Positions 14,385-26,841 of a stretch of DNA of 64,000 nucleotides are shown here, piece by piece. Made by a program: the position numbers and the translations under genes. The notes under the pieces are model-generated. The model saw only the letters and a program-made list of their open reading frames with translations. It ran no database searches and was not told the DNA's origin. Origin of the DNA: the human T2T-CHM13v2.0 reference genome, Homo sapiens; NCBI RefSeq assembly GCF_009914755.1, contig NC_060925.1. One strand, 5' to 3'. How positions within the stretch are numbered: position 1 is the stretch's first letter; each line of letters starts with the position of its first letter.

Positions 14385-14449
14385 AATAAAATTTTCTAAG
14401 TAAGTCAATACATGGATGAACTCTTCTTACCATGCTGTCCTGATAAATT

Positions 14450-15001
14450 ATAATAGACCTTCTCCAAAACTCAACTGCCTTTGTGAAGCTAATGAGAGAC
14501 TACCAGGCTAGGAGCAGGAGAGGAGCCTGAATTCTGTTAAGGTGTAGGCATAAATGATTGCCAACCACTATTCCAGAGGTCACAAAATATGCAACTTCTC
14601 CGATTACTCCTGTAGATAACATCACTATTGTAGAAGCTATGACTGGCATTTTGAGATATCTTTTCAAGTTGTTGCATGTCTGACAACCCATGGCTCCACC
14701 TGGACCCACTGACCAATGGTTCCAGCCTCTCCTGTTTCCCCACCCAGAGCGATTCAGCTCACTGGAGGATCATTTCCTACACCCCTATGATTGTACTCCC
14801 CACCTAATCAGCAGCAAGCACCCATTGCCTAGCCACCCCTAAACTACCTTTGAAAAATGCCTAACCTAGGAACCTTCAAGGAGGTTGAGTGCTAACTCTG
14901 TCTCCCATTTCACATGGCTGGCCTTGCGTGAATTAAACTCTCTTTACTGTAACGCTGTGGTCTTTGTGCAGTGAGCAGGAAGAATCTGTCGGGCAGTTAT
15001 A
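14450..15001 (+). mobile_element. MER50-family ERV1 LTR, 5'-truncated
   Basis: gcctgaattctg…gaggtcaca…ttactcctgtagataacatcactattgtagaa…attaaactctctttactg…gggcagttata. Confidence 0.75.
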
Positions 15002-16719
15002 GAATGGTCAAAATGGCATGTGAAACTTTTTTCACCAAACAGCAAAACCAAATGTGTTTCCAAGGTTGCAGATACTCTACTTGGATATAAAGTTTCAAGA
15101 TTTTTCTTCCATCTGAAGTTATGCTCAACAAAATAACTTTTAATCATTTTGAAAATAAGAAAACAGCCTATATAGTTTCTAAAAGGAGCTCACAAAATAA
15201 GAATTTGTCTGTCATGATGCCAGTAGAAACAGACAAAAGCTGTGAGTTGTTTGCTCTCAGATACATTCCGGGGAATGCTGAAGGGAAATGTTAACTCTGT
15301 CATTTACTCTATGACGTGCTACAAAACATCAACTATTTGGAAGAAAAAGAAGTACTATGTCCACTGTACTCTTCCAAGTGACAAATCAACTCTAGCATTT
15401 ATTTTCATGCCACATGATTTCTCCCTAGTGGCCTATGGCTTCTCTTGTTTGTATTATGAGATGTTTCCAAGCAAAGGTCTTTGGATGGAGCAAATCAAAA
15501 TTTGGGTTAATTTCCAGCCTTCTCAGCTCCTCCCATATTTTGTGACAAAGAGCTATGACCTCTCAAGTATTTTCACAAAGGACAGAAGTGCTCCAGCTGT
15601 ATTATTTTGTTTTTAATGGTACAATTTTTACTACTCAAGAAGTTATTTTACTATCTTATAATTTAAACCTCAAGATTCTCTCTCTGTATTTAACAATACT
15701 AAGATGAATTATTCAACAATAATTTTGAAAATTATGTATGAACCACAAGAGTTATTTTGGGTATATGTTCCACTCTTTAAAAAAATTAAAGATTAAAAAG
15801 TAGAGATGTAGAATTGTGGGAGTAAAGCCTTCCCCACAGTGCAGTACCCAAATAGAAGTAATCCCTGTAATATTTTTTGGATATCAAATGGCTTGGCATA
15901 CTCAAATGTGACTAGTTTCTATATGTCTTCTGCATGAATGTTTAGAGCTCCTGAATCTAGATATTTTGGTTCTCAGTATGTTTCTTGAGATTTGGGGAAG
16001 AAGCAAATTGATGAGATTAAAAACAGTAATATGGCTAAATTAGCCACAACTTTGCTAGATAATTAACTGTGGTCAATATGCCCAGCTAATTGTGTATGTA
16101 TTATAGTCACAAGTCATATTTAAAATATTTGCTAAATATAATATCCAAGTACTAAACAATCAGAATGGACAGTAATACTGGGGTTCCCTGCAGGGATACA
16201 TATTAACTCTTTAATTGCTGCACTGTGGGGTAATTTGGGGGTGGTGCTTGAGTTAACAGCTGTTTACTAACAGATTTGAAAATAGTGAAAGCATTTCCAT
16301 TTGGAAACCAATATAACCATACTGTTGCATGTTGGATGAATTTTGCACTCTGATGAAAGTTAAGGAAAATGGTCTTTTTTGTTTAACCATTACAGCTTTG
16401 CTCTGGGAATTGGTGCTGTCTTTCTGGCCCTGCGTGTAGCTATACTCAGTCTCAGTGGTGTGCATGGTCCTTTACCATCTGCATTTTCCCTTTTGGGCCT
16501 GTTTATTTCTTAAGTCTTACATTATCTTCACTGATTTTGGGGGTGCTCATAATCTATATGCATTTCTTCAGGGCACATTTATTAAGAAAGAAGTACTTTT
16601 ATTTCTCTTTGTCCCATTTGTTGAGTATGTAACTCCGTAGAATTCCAGAATTGCTCTGTTTACTAAATAGCAGACAGCTGCTCCCGGAGAAAGAAAGCTC
16701 CACATTCTCTAAACACATT

Positions 16720-17014
16720 CTGTGTGGTCGGGTATAATAGTCATAAAGCTATTGAGCACTTGAAACATTGAGTTCTGAATTGAGATGTGTTGTAAGTGTA
16801 AAATACACATTGGATTTTGAAGCCTTAGTTAAAAAGTAACATATTAATATTTTTATATTAGTGGCATGTTACCCTGATATTATAGATATCTTGGGTTAAA
16901 ATATTTTATTAGCATACAATTAATGTTCTCTGTTTCTTGTTACTATTTTTAATGTGGCTACTAGAAAAATAAATTTCATTTGCGGCCCACATAGTATTTC
17001 TATTAGACAGCACT
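16720..17014. mobile_element. MER33-like hAT-Charlie element
   Basis: gctattgagcacttgaaa…gaattgagatgtg…gtaagtgtaaaatacac…tttaatgtggctactagaaaa…tttctattagacagcactg. Confidence 0.8.
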
Positions 17015-19384
17015 GCTCTAGATGATATATTTGCCCAATTTTGGGGGATAGAAGGGACTTGATTTTAGCAGAATCTGTGGAAAATTTCCCTCTGGAAATT
17101 TAGTCAAGCATTTTTCTCTGATGTTATGTTTTTTCGCTTTAAGACTTTTGCCCTCTAGTGTTGTAGAGAACTTGAAAATACCACCAGTTTCTTCAGCTAT
17201 GTCTGCGTTTTCTACATCTCACTAAACTATTTTCCAGTTCGCTCATTATAGGTCCATTAAAGAAATGATACATAAAGATATATAAAGTGAATTTTTTTCT
17301 TTTAAAAATATTTTAATGAAAATAATTAACTAATAGTAAATCCAAATGGATTAAAAATTAAGGCCCTGGTGACATTTTAAATGAAATTGTTATAGATATA
17401 TACTATCTATTTTGGATTAGTTTTGCCTGTGGCCCAAAGACAAAAAGAAATCACTTTTGTTCTAAGGAAATTAAGCAGGAGTCCCTTCCTCCCATCCCTT
17501 TTGATTAGATTTCATAAATTTATGTTGTGAAAAAATCAGAGAACATTCTCTTAATCGAGAGATAAGATTATAGTTCTATATTTCTAAATATGTAGGTAAA
17601 ATTGAAGTAGCTTTCTAGGTTGGTTCAAACATTTGTCATCTTAGAAGGTTTATAAACATAGTTGAGAGAAATCATTATACAATCATAGAAGTATATGAAA
17701 TCACTGTTTTGCTGATCTAAAGTAAGAAGAAAGCTCTGACTTGGGACAAAGTACATTAACCAAGCCTCTCAGTATTTTAGAGGCTATTTAAAAATTCTAA
17801 TATAAATAAATAGGTGTGACTCTTGGACCTAGAAACAGGAAGAAAAATCAATCAAAAACACCCTGGATATTAAAAGCGACTTTGGGCTCTAATGTGAAGC
17901 CCACTACTCAAATTGATTGAGTAGTGCAGTGTCAACCATATCTTTCTTCTAATGCTAAAAGTAATGCACATAGACAGAGTGACAATCACAGCACAGCCTC
18001 CCATCAGCAATAATTAATCTTTTAGTTAACAGAGACTAGAGAAGCCTCTCATCAGCCTCTTCTGAAGTCTGAGGGACCCTGTTTTTTGATGTTTGCATTC
18101 TGAGGAAAATTGTCCCCACCAGTTCTAACAAATTGAAACACCAGGCTAATTATGGCAGCTAATGAAGTGTGTGGAATGGTCACAGCTTGTCGTGAAACTG
18201 TTCCTTCAGCTTGGATTAGAGTTTCATCAATCACTTTTTTAAACTGATCCAGAATTGCTTCTGCCCGGTGCTTGGCATTTTTAATGCTGTTTCTGTAATT
18301 GGTTTTTTCCCTAAAGCTTAGACTGTTTTTTGAAATATTACAGTCTCGGGACAGGACTTGCAAACTCTAGTTTATAAAAAATATTTATTATTAGTGATAT
18401 CAGCTGATCAAGTGGTAGAAAGCTAATAAAACCACTACCAAAATAAAATTTGATACACTGTTTCAATCTTGCTAAAGGTAGCAATAAAGCATATCCATAT
18501 ATATCTTTTTTTTTCAAATGTATGTATAATACAACATAGGGGAACCATAGTTGGTGGTTAGGTGACTAAAATTCCACTAAGAGTTTTTATGAAATTAATA
18601 TACAGATGTTAGCTTATTTTGAGAAGGCAATAGTGATACCTCCCATTTATCAATCAACATCATTTTATGATGTCCACATTTTGCACTGAGCCAAACATTT
18701 TGAGGCATTAGGACCTAAAGTTTATCTATAGATTTCCAGTGAAGTTGCTCTGCAATAAACCTGAAGTGCAACTCGGAAAATCGTGTTTAAAGGTTTAATC
18801 TTGTCGAAAAAAAGGAATCAGTCATTTTGCAGGCATGACTGCAATCTCTATACAATTATTGGTACATTTTGTTATTAATGTTACTAAGAGTTAATAACTA
18901 TTGGACACCCACTATGTGCACAGTAATGTCTCAATTTGTAAGACAGCTAGATAAAACAAAGGTATTTAATTCCATTCGTACAGATAATGTCCTTGAAAAT
19001 AATAAGCAAAAGACTTTTAGATGTCTTTTTGCTATTGCTGTTTCCTTTGGAGTCAGGCTGCATAAGCAACAGTTTCTACACATTTCAGTCCTTTCCTTTT
19101 TATTGATAAATTATCCCAGAGTTAAAATTATTCCTAGTAAACTGACACATATTGAGAAAGAGCTTTAGGTGCATTATCACTTTTAAGCCTCAGAACTAAC
19201 TAACCTAGGATATTGATATTATCATTCCTCTGTGTAGATTAAAAGCTAAATAAAGTTCATCACTGCTATCTGGCCTATTAACCATTACACTATAGTATCT
19301 CAACTAGCTCTTTAAACTTACTTTCTCCTAGTGTAGATCAGCTTCTAAGATTTTATAAATTCTTTGTAGATACTTGGAAGACGC

Positions 19385-19686
19385 CTGGCTCATGCCTGTA
19401 ATCCCAGGACTTTGGGAGGCTGAGGAGGGCAGATCGATTGAGCCCAGGAGTTAGAGACCAGGCCTGGGCAACATGGCAAAACCCCATCTCTACAAAAAAT
19501 ACAAAAATTAGCTGAGTGTGGTGGGGTGCACCTGGAGTCCCAGCTATTTGGAGGGCTTAGGCAGGAGGATTGCTTGAGCCCAGAAGGTTAAGGCTTCAGT
19601 GAGCTGTGATTGCATCATTGCACTCCAGCCTGAGTGACACAGTGAGACCCTGTCTCAAAAAAATAAATAAATAAAATAATAATAAT
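19385..19686 (+). mobile_element. AluJ
   Basis: Two-arm Alu with ttgagcccaggag and a (TAAA)/(TAA) tail. Confidence 0.9.
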
Positions 19687-20275
19687 AGTAACAATAATTT
19701 AGCTCTGCTTTAGAAATTGAGGAAATATATGTGGATATATACTTATATAATGATATGTATAGACATGTACATATCGTGCATATATGAACATACATATATT
19801 CAGAAAATAAAAAAATGTTACTTTAAATTTGGTAAATTAAAAAATTTCTTTTGGTTTTCATAATTCTTACAATAGAATACTTATATATATATGTTTAAGT
19901 GGTAAAATGTTTCACTTAACCATGATATTTACCATGAAGCATCTATGAAACAATATGCAGAAATGAAGTAAGGTATGATATGAAGTTTCTGAAATTTCTA
20001 GTTACTTACATTTATTTTTTAGTCAAACATTAAATTATTTTCAGGGATAAAGAAATTTTGGGACATCAATAGGGACTGAAACAATAGGGATGAAAACATA
20101 GTAATAAATACACCTCTGAGAAGAGTTTTATCAATATTTGATAAATTTTAGTATTTATTTTCTTGCTAAAAATTATATCACAGTTTGAATTATGAAACAT
20201 TTTTAATACCTAGAAAAGTATGGCAAAATATATTGGTTGAAACTAGATGGTGGGTGCATGACATATATATTATTC

Positions 20276-20526
20276 AGAATACAGTTTTTGGGCACAATGT
20301 TCTACATTCACCCGTTTCCTGAGGTTTGCTAATATTGTTCATTTCTTCTAGAGCCTTACTGAGTTTTGATATCATGTTGGTATTATTGATTCCAATATTA
20401 CTGATTCTTCTTCCTGAAACACTAAAATGAATCATTTTGTCCAAGCACGGTGGCTCATGCCTGTAACCTCAACACTTTGAGAGGATTGAGGTGGGAGGAT
20501 CCTTTGGGTCCAGGAGTTCAAGACCA
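20276..20526 (+). repeat. About 250-bp direct duplicate of 21969-22216 (L1M/FLAM junction)
   Basis: Long identical runs, e.g. gccttactgagttttgatatcatgttggtattattgat and attcttcttcctgaaacactaaaatgaatcattttgtccaagcacggtggctcatgcctgtaa, in both copies. Confidence 0.95.
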
Positions 20527-20744
20527 TGTTATGAATAATACACATGTCATGCACTCACCACCTAGTTTCAACCAATATATTTTGCCATACTTTCCTACAT
20601 ATTAAATTAAATTAAATCTGATATACATAATTTTTCATATACATATTATGTATATGATAAATATATATAACCATATAATATGTATATTATAAACTCACAA
20701 AAGTTTTATTTCTTCCATTTTCAATTATTTCTAATCTATTTTTC

Positions 20745-22070
20745 AATTAAGTATAATGTTTTATCATACTTTATCATGTTAAAGATGGTTCCTATGTTTT
20801 TGTTTTGCTAGGAGATTATTATTTTTAAAATCATAAGTAGGTATTAAACTTTATCAAATTCTTCTGCATCTATGAGATGATCATGTGATTACTTTTTTAT
20901 TCTGTTATAGTGAATTATGCTGTTTTTTTAAATTACTCAAACTTCTCTTCCTAGAATGAACTCTAATCATGAGATACTTTTATTTTTACATATTCCTGCA
21001 TTCAATTTGCTAATACTTTATTGTTTTTTATATCTATGTTTGTAAGATAGATTGGTCTCTAGTTTTCCTTTCTTAGACAGTCCTTGTCAAGTTTTAGTAT
21101 CGAGATTATGCTGAACTCATAAAACAATTTGGGTAGTTTTCCCTCTTTTTCAATTTTTGGAAGAGTTTGTGTGACATTGTTCTTTCTTCCTTAAACATTT
21201 GGAAGAACTCACTAGTGAGCCTATTGAGTTGTGGTGTATTCTTTTTATTTATTAATTCAGTTCTTTTAATACATAAAGGACAATTCAGATTTCTATTTCT
21301 TATTTTGTTTGTTGTGTTTTTTTCATTTGACCTATTCAACTAAATTTTCAAATTTATTGGCAAAAAATTGCTCATGATCCATTTTATTATATATTAATAT
21401 TTAATTCGATAGCATATGCAGTGATGTCACCTTTTTATTCATGGATATTGATAAATGTTGCTAATCAGTTTTGTTAAGGATTTTTAAATTTCATCAATCT
21501 AGAAAACTGAATTTTCGCTTTGTTAGTTTTTTCATGGAATGATCATTTCCTATTTTATTCACATCTGCTCTTTGTTTCTTCAATTTTTGGGGTTTAATTT
21601 GCTGATTTTTCTGTTACTTCTTAAAATGGATATTTAAATGATTTATTTTCACCCTTTATTTTTAATCTATGTATATAAGGCTATAAATTTCCCTCAGAAC
21701 ATGTGCTTAGTGACATCCACAAGTTTTCATCATACATTTCAAAATGTTTTCTTTTTTTTTCTATATTGACTCATATCTTGTTTAGAAGTATATTACTGAA
21801 TTATATAACATTTGGAGATTTCCCAGTTATATTTTTATTAATGTACTAATTTATGTCCTCCATGTTAAAACAACAGAGTCTGTGATTTTAATCTACTGAA
21901 ATGTGTTGAGAAATGCTTTATGTCCCAGGATCTGGTCAATTCTGGTAAATGTTTCAAGTACATTAAAAAGAATACAGTTCTTGGGCACAGCATTCTACAT
22001 TCATCCATTTCCAGAGGTTTGCTAATATTGTTCATATCTTCTGCAGCCTTACTGAGTTTTGATATCATGT
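20745..22070 (-). mobile_element. Old L1M ORF2 fragment
   Basis: tttatcaaat…ctgcatctatgagatgatcatgtga…ttcaatttgctaata…ggctataaatttccctc; minus-strand ORF 21106-21339 resembles degenerate ORF2p (…LFQKLKKRE…PNCF). Confidence 0.8.
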
Positions 22071-22131
22071 TGGTATTATTGATACCAGTATTACTTATTC
22101 TTCTTCCTGAAACACTAAAATGAATCATTTT

Positions 22132-22259
22132 GTCCAAGCACGGTGGCTCATGCCTGTAATCTCAGCACTTTGGGAGGCTGAGGTGGGAGGATCCTGAGTC
22201 CAGGAGTTCAAGGTCAGCCTGGACAAGAGAGCAAGAACCCCCATCTCTACAAAAAAAAA
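22132..22259 (+). mobile_element. FLAM (free left Alu monomer)
   Basis: Single Alu arm ending catctctacaaaaaaaaa. Confidence 0.8.
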
Positions 22260-22397
22260 TGAAATTTTTTTGATACATGGAATATATCATGAAGCTTTAT
22301 TTAAAGAAGGACATGGACAGTACATTTTTTGAGGCCTTGAATGTCTATGGCAGAGAGTTCATTGTCCCTCAGTATCAGTTTTTCCCTTTCTCTGAAC

Positions 22398-22615
22398 CAG
22401 GGGTCAGCAAACTTTTTTTTAATGGCCAGGGACTAATTATTTTAAGTTTTGATGGCTACGGGTTTATGTTACCACTACTCAACTCTGCATTGTAGCGCAA
22501 AAGCAGCCATAGATTATACATAAATAAGTGGGCATGACTACGTTCCAATAAAACTTTATATACAAGTTAGGCAGTGGGCTGGCTTGGGCCTGCAAGCTGT
22601 GGTTTTCTAATCCCT
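22398..22615. mobile_element. MER58A hAT-Charlie element
   Basis: caggggtcagcaaac…actactcaactctg…aaagcagccataga…gttccaataaaacttta. Confidence 0.88.
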
Positions 22616-22789
22616 TTTCTATAGAATAGAACCTTTGATTTATAGTGTGTACATGCATGCTGAAATTAAAACTACATTTATCAGCCACTTTTTTACACTG
22701 TGTATAGCACTGTGACAGTGCTGGAAAATGGAATATAAGTAAAAAGTGTGGATCCAGCTTCTAAGAAGTATTTATCAGGATTTTTCCCT

Positions 22790-23250
22790 ATGTTAGTAAG
22801 TCTGATGGTGTGGAGGCCAGCTAAAAGCAGAACTTTCACCAAAAGAACTATTCAAGCTAGTACATTAGTCTGACGCAGTTTCGTAGATACTGGTAGAAGA
22901 CAGAAGCTTCCTAGGTCAGAGATTTTATCCCTCACAGCAAAAGCAATAGCCTCAAATCGTACATAGTGATGCAGAGAGTCAGGAAGGCCTGCATATGCAA
23001 GTATATCATAGGCAAACAACCCCTAGTATAGGAAATTTACGACTTTTATAGGAAGCAGTAAGCAAGGTTTCTCTGCCCAGAGGGAGACCAGGCACATCAC
23101 AGGACTAAGTGATATGTACTGGGAAGATGTTACAGGATTGCCAGTTGCATAAAGAATTCTGAGGAGTGGCCCAGGTAAAAGAATGATGAAGACTTTATGA
23201 TTTTGGCACATGCACCAAGGCTCGTGGGACTGGAGTCCCAAGATGGACTT
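22790..23250 (-). mobile_element. ERVL LTR (MER76-like)
   Basis: ttttatagg-aagcagtaagcaag…gggagac…ctgaggagtggcccaggtaaaaga…ttggca motifs; subfamily and boundaries uncertain. Confidence 0.5.
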
Positions 23251-26200
23251 CTTACTCCTAGTGTGTTTTAAAAAAATGAGTGTCCTTCTTTCCTCCTTGT
23301 GGCTGTCTGGAATGGGGTATTTGAGAACTACGGATGGACTGACATCTTCAATCATGATACAGTCCTTGAATCAATGTAGACCACAAAAGATAAAGCAATA
23401 ACATAGAAGAAACGGGGAACTTACACTATAAAGTATCACATTAACTCTGGAATTTTGAGTAAACTTCTTTCTTGTTAAGTCACTGTTACTCTGGGCTTTC
23501 TAAGCTAATCCCCATTAATACAAAATCTAGGAATGCCTTTCTGCTGCTTTCATATGTAAGTGACAACTAGAGTATGTCTAGAATACCAGGTTCACAACCT
23601 TTTTCTCTTAATAGTTATTAAGTCATGATTATCAATTAGTATTACAAATTAAATATCTGAGATCAGACTAATTCTTTGATTTGTGTGGGTGGGGGAGGCT
23701 GTGCTTTTTGAATTTTTTTTTATTCTAAAGTATGATGTTCATCACTAATTCAACTTGAAATAGCCAAATACTACATCCATAATGAATTTTAATTCTTCTA
23801 TTGTAATCTTAGCTTTTTTTCTCTTTTTGCCTAACATCTCTGACCTTATTGTTTCTATGTATATCTGGTCCTCTTATTTTAGCCTCTTTTATTCTTTAGT
23901 CTTTGACTCTGTTTTCATAAGTTGGTTGAAGCTGGCAAATATTCTCTAACACTTAACTTTTCTTTAGGTTCCTGCAGAGGATGACTTTCAGTGCCTGCTT
24001 TTCATCCATGTCTTTTAACATGTGGACCAATTTTTCTTCCATAGGCCTATATAATTTTTTCCCTCTTATCCCTCTCCTATTTTAAGAGCACTAGATGCAT
24101 TCACTATTTGCCAACATAGAAGGCCTGTGGTTTTAGTGCTTCTGTCTCTTTGGATCGAAGCCTCTTTCTAGGCTCCAGGTGGAAGGCAGCCCAACTCACT
24201 TGCCCCATTTCCTAGTTCTCCAACACTAATAATTGATGGAAGAGATGGGAAATTATAGTTCTAACTGGTACTGCCTTTACAGCTCTCTCTGCATGGCACA
24301 GAGACCCTGCATGTAGTGAGTCTCTGTGAGAGTGGGTTGCTTGACCTGTATAAAACCCAGACTACTGCTTGGTTTCTGCAGCTCAGCAATTTTATGTTTT
24401 TCATTCGTTATCCTGAACTTTCTTGAAGAGATTAAAATTTCTCTTAAAAAAATGTGCCCTATAAGAAATTCAATTTTAACGCTCGTGGTGGGGTCAAAAG
24501 AAAGTAAGGAGAAGTTCCAGAGCAGTTTACTTAGACTAAGAATTATCTTCCATTGTAAAGCATCAAAAGACTTGCTGGTATAAATTGTGTGAGTACCAGA
24601 TCTCTGGTGGAGATAATTATTTGATCACTTTTTCAGTTCTACCCATAAACATGTAGACATTAGTAGTAGTTGTTTACAATTTCCCCCCACTCTCCTCTGC
24701 CAGTTCTTCCATGTGCTTATTAAAGATGGAAAAGAGTGTTTTAGGGGTCTAAACATTAATATAAGATTTCTTGGAAGAGGAAATTCTTCTGCTAGCCCAA
24801 TTAACTAGCCTCTATGATAGAAAAGAACTTAATGGAATATTGTGAGGTAATCACATTAACAGACTAACAGTTTTGAAAATTTGGATAGGCCCTACCCATA
24901 TAGTTGGAGACCAGACAAAACTAATTGAAATACTTTACCATTAATATCCAAGCTCTTGGAAACTAATGGGATTCTAGATATATCATTAATGGTAGTTAAC
25001 ACCTATATCGTAATCTATATCAGGTAAAAATATGTCAACATAAGGGATATATAAAGTATTATGCATTAATATCCTAACCTACATTGCTAAAGAATGTTTT
25101 CATAAAAGAAATCTACAACTCATAATTATTTCAGTCTAGCATATTAATATGTTCATGATAAAGTAGAGTTTCAATGTGATTTCAATATGAAACAATTCTT
25201 ACATGTCTTTTCCTGTCTTAAGTGAATATATATTTGTCAACATTTTACTTAGTAAAATTAGATAAAATCAAGAACTTTCTACCTCTTATTTGTTAATAAA
25301 GATGCTATGAATTACCTGTGGGGGATTTTCATTCCTTTCAAGCACTTTTAACCTATCAAGCTTAACTGAAAGACTTTTCCTACTAGTAATTCATGTTTAT
25401 CTTCAAGCTGCTAATGGATAGAAGAACATGTTAATGCTCTAGTAAACTATTTTTGCCTGTCCACATCAGAACGTCATGTTATATATACTTGCTACTTTTG
25501 TACCTGATTTATTTATTCTTTTATTGAATTACTTTTAAGTTTTTATAAAAAGGGCTTTATTAAATAAGATAATAGTTTAAGCAACATTATAAGAGTGGTT
25601 AATTTACTTAACAGGTCAAAGTTTCTGAAGTGTAGCAACTTACATATAATTCATTTACTAAGAATATAACATAAATTATTTAGTTTTACAAGTGCAATTT
25701 AAAAAGTGATATCAACTAATTAGCAGTTATTATACATTGGTCAGCAAAAATATACTTGCTCTTTATTTTATTTCTGATAAATTCTTATTTGCAGAACAAA
25801 AGTAGTGTAAGTCAAAACAATACATACACAGTTGAATTTCACTTTATTCAAGAAATTATTTTTCTCCTAGATTGTGTGACTATGTCTATCATAGAGTTTT
25901 AAGGAGGCAACAATCGTTTAAATTGTTCTATTCTATCCTCTCAATCTTTAATTTTTTATTGTTCAAAAAATAATAATGAAATAATATATTAATATTAAGA
26001 CTAAATTTTTGTATGTATTAAATCATATTCTTGCAGTTGACTTTCATTCATAAAGTCTAAATAAATTAGTTATATTTATGTGTGCTTTGAATGGTAATAA
26101 CATATAGACATTCCTTAGGATTTTGAAAACCAAAATTTACCTACACATGTCTTTTGTTTCAGATTCAGTGAAGTTCAAGGGCATCCAAGTATGAAATAGC

Positions 26201-26565
26201 TTGTGAGGAAATTCACATTGCTTTCTTAATTTGATTTAGTTGGGGGAAAGGACACTGGTTCAGAAAATAGAGCTTTTAGAATAATTTTGGTTGAAATATA
26301 GACATTAAATATTGTACATAGATTAGTAAATGTGTACATAATTTTCCCAAAGCTTGTAGAGGGGGTTGGTATTAAAGTATACTAATTTCCGTTGACTATC
26401 TTATCTGCATTCTAATATGTTTTAGTATCTAGACTTGCTTATGGGAAATGTAAAAATGTTCAGATGTAGGTAAAAATTAATAACAGAAGATAAACCACAT
26501 ATTTAGGTATTTAAGGTAAATGTAACTACATATTTTGTATAAATGACATTAAAAATATGACATCA

Positions 26566-26841
26566 GGCCAGGTGCCTGTAATTCCAGCCCATTGGGAGGC
26601 AGAGGTGAGCAGATCTCTTGGAGTTCAGGACCAGCCTGGGCAACACAGTGAGACCCCATCCCTACAAAAAATAAAAAAATTAGTTGGGCATGGTGGCACA
26701 CACCTATAGTCCTAGCTATGTGGGAGGCCGATGTGGGAGAATTGTTTGAGCATGGGAAGTTGAGGCTGCAGTAAGCCTTGATCGATGGTACTACTGCTCT
26801 CCAGCCTGTGCAACAGAGTGAGACGCTGTCTCAAAAAAAAA
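26566..26841 (+). mobile_element. AluJ with small internal deletions
   Basis: ggccaggtgcctgtaattccagc…gaggctgcagtaagc…gtctcaaaaaaaaa. Confidence 0.9.

Noticed and set aside
18052-18363. 103-aa minus-strand ORF
   Set aside because: TTG start, no recognisable homology or exon signals; treated as a possible non-coding element instead.
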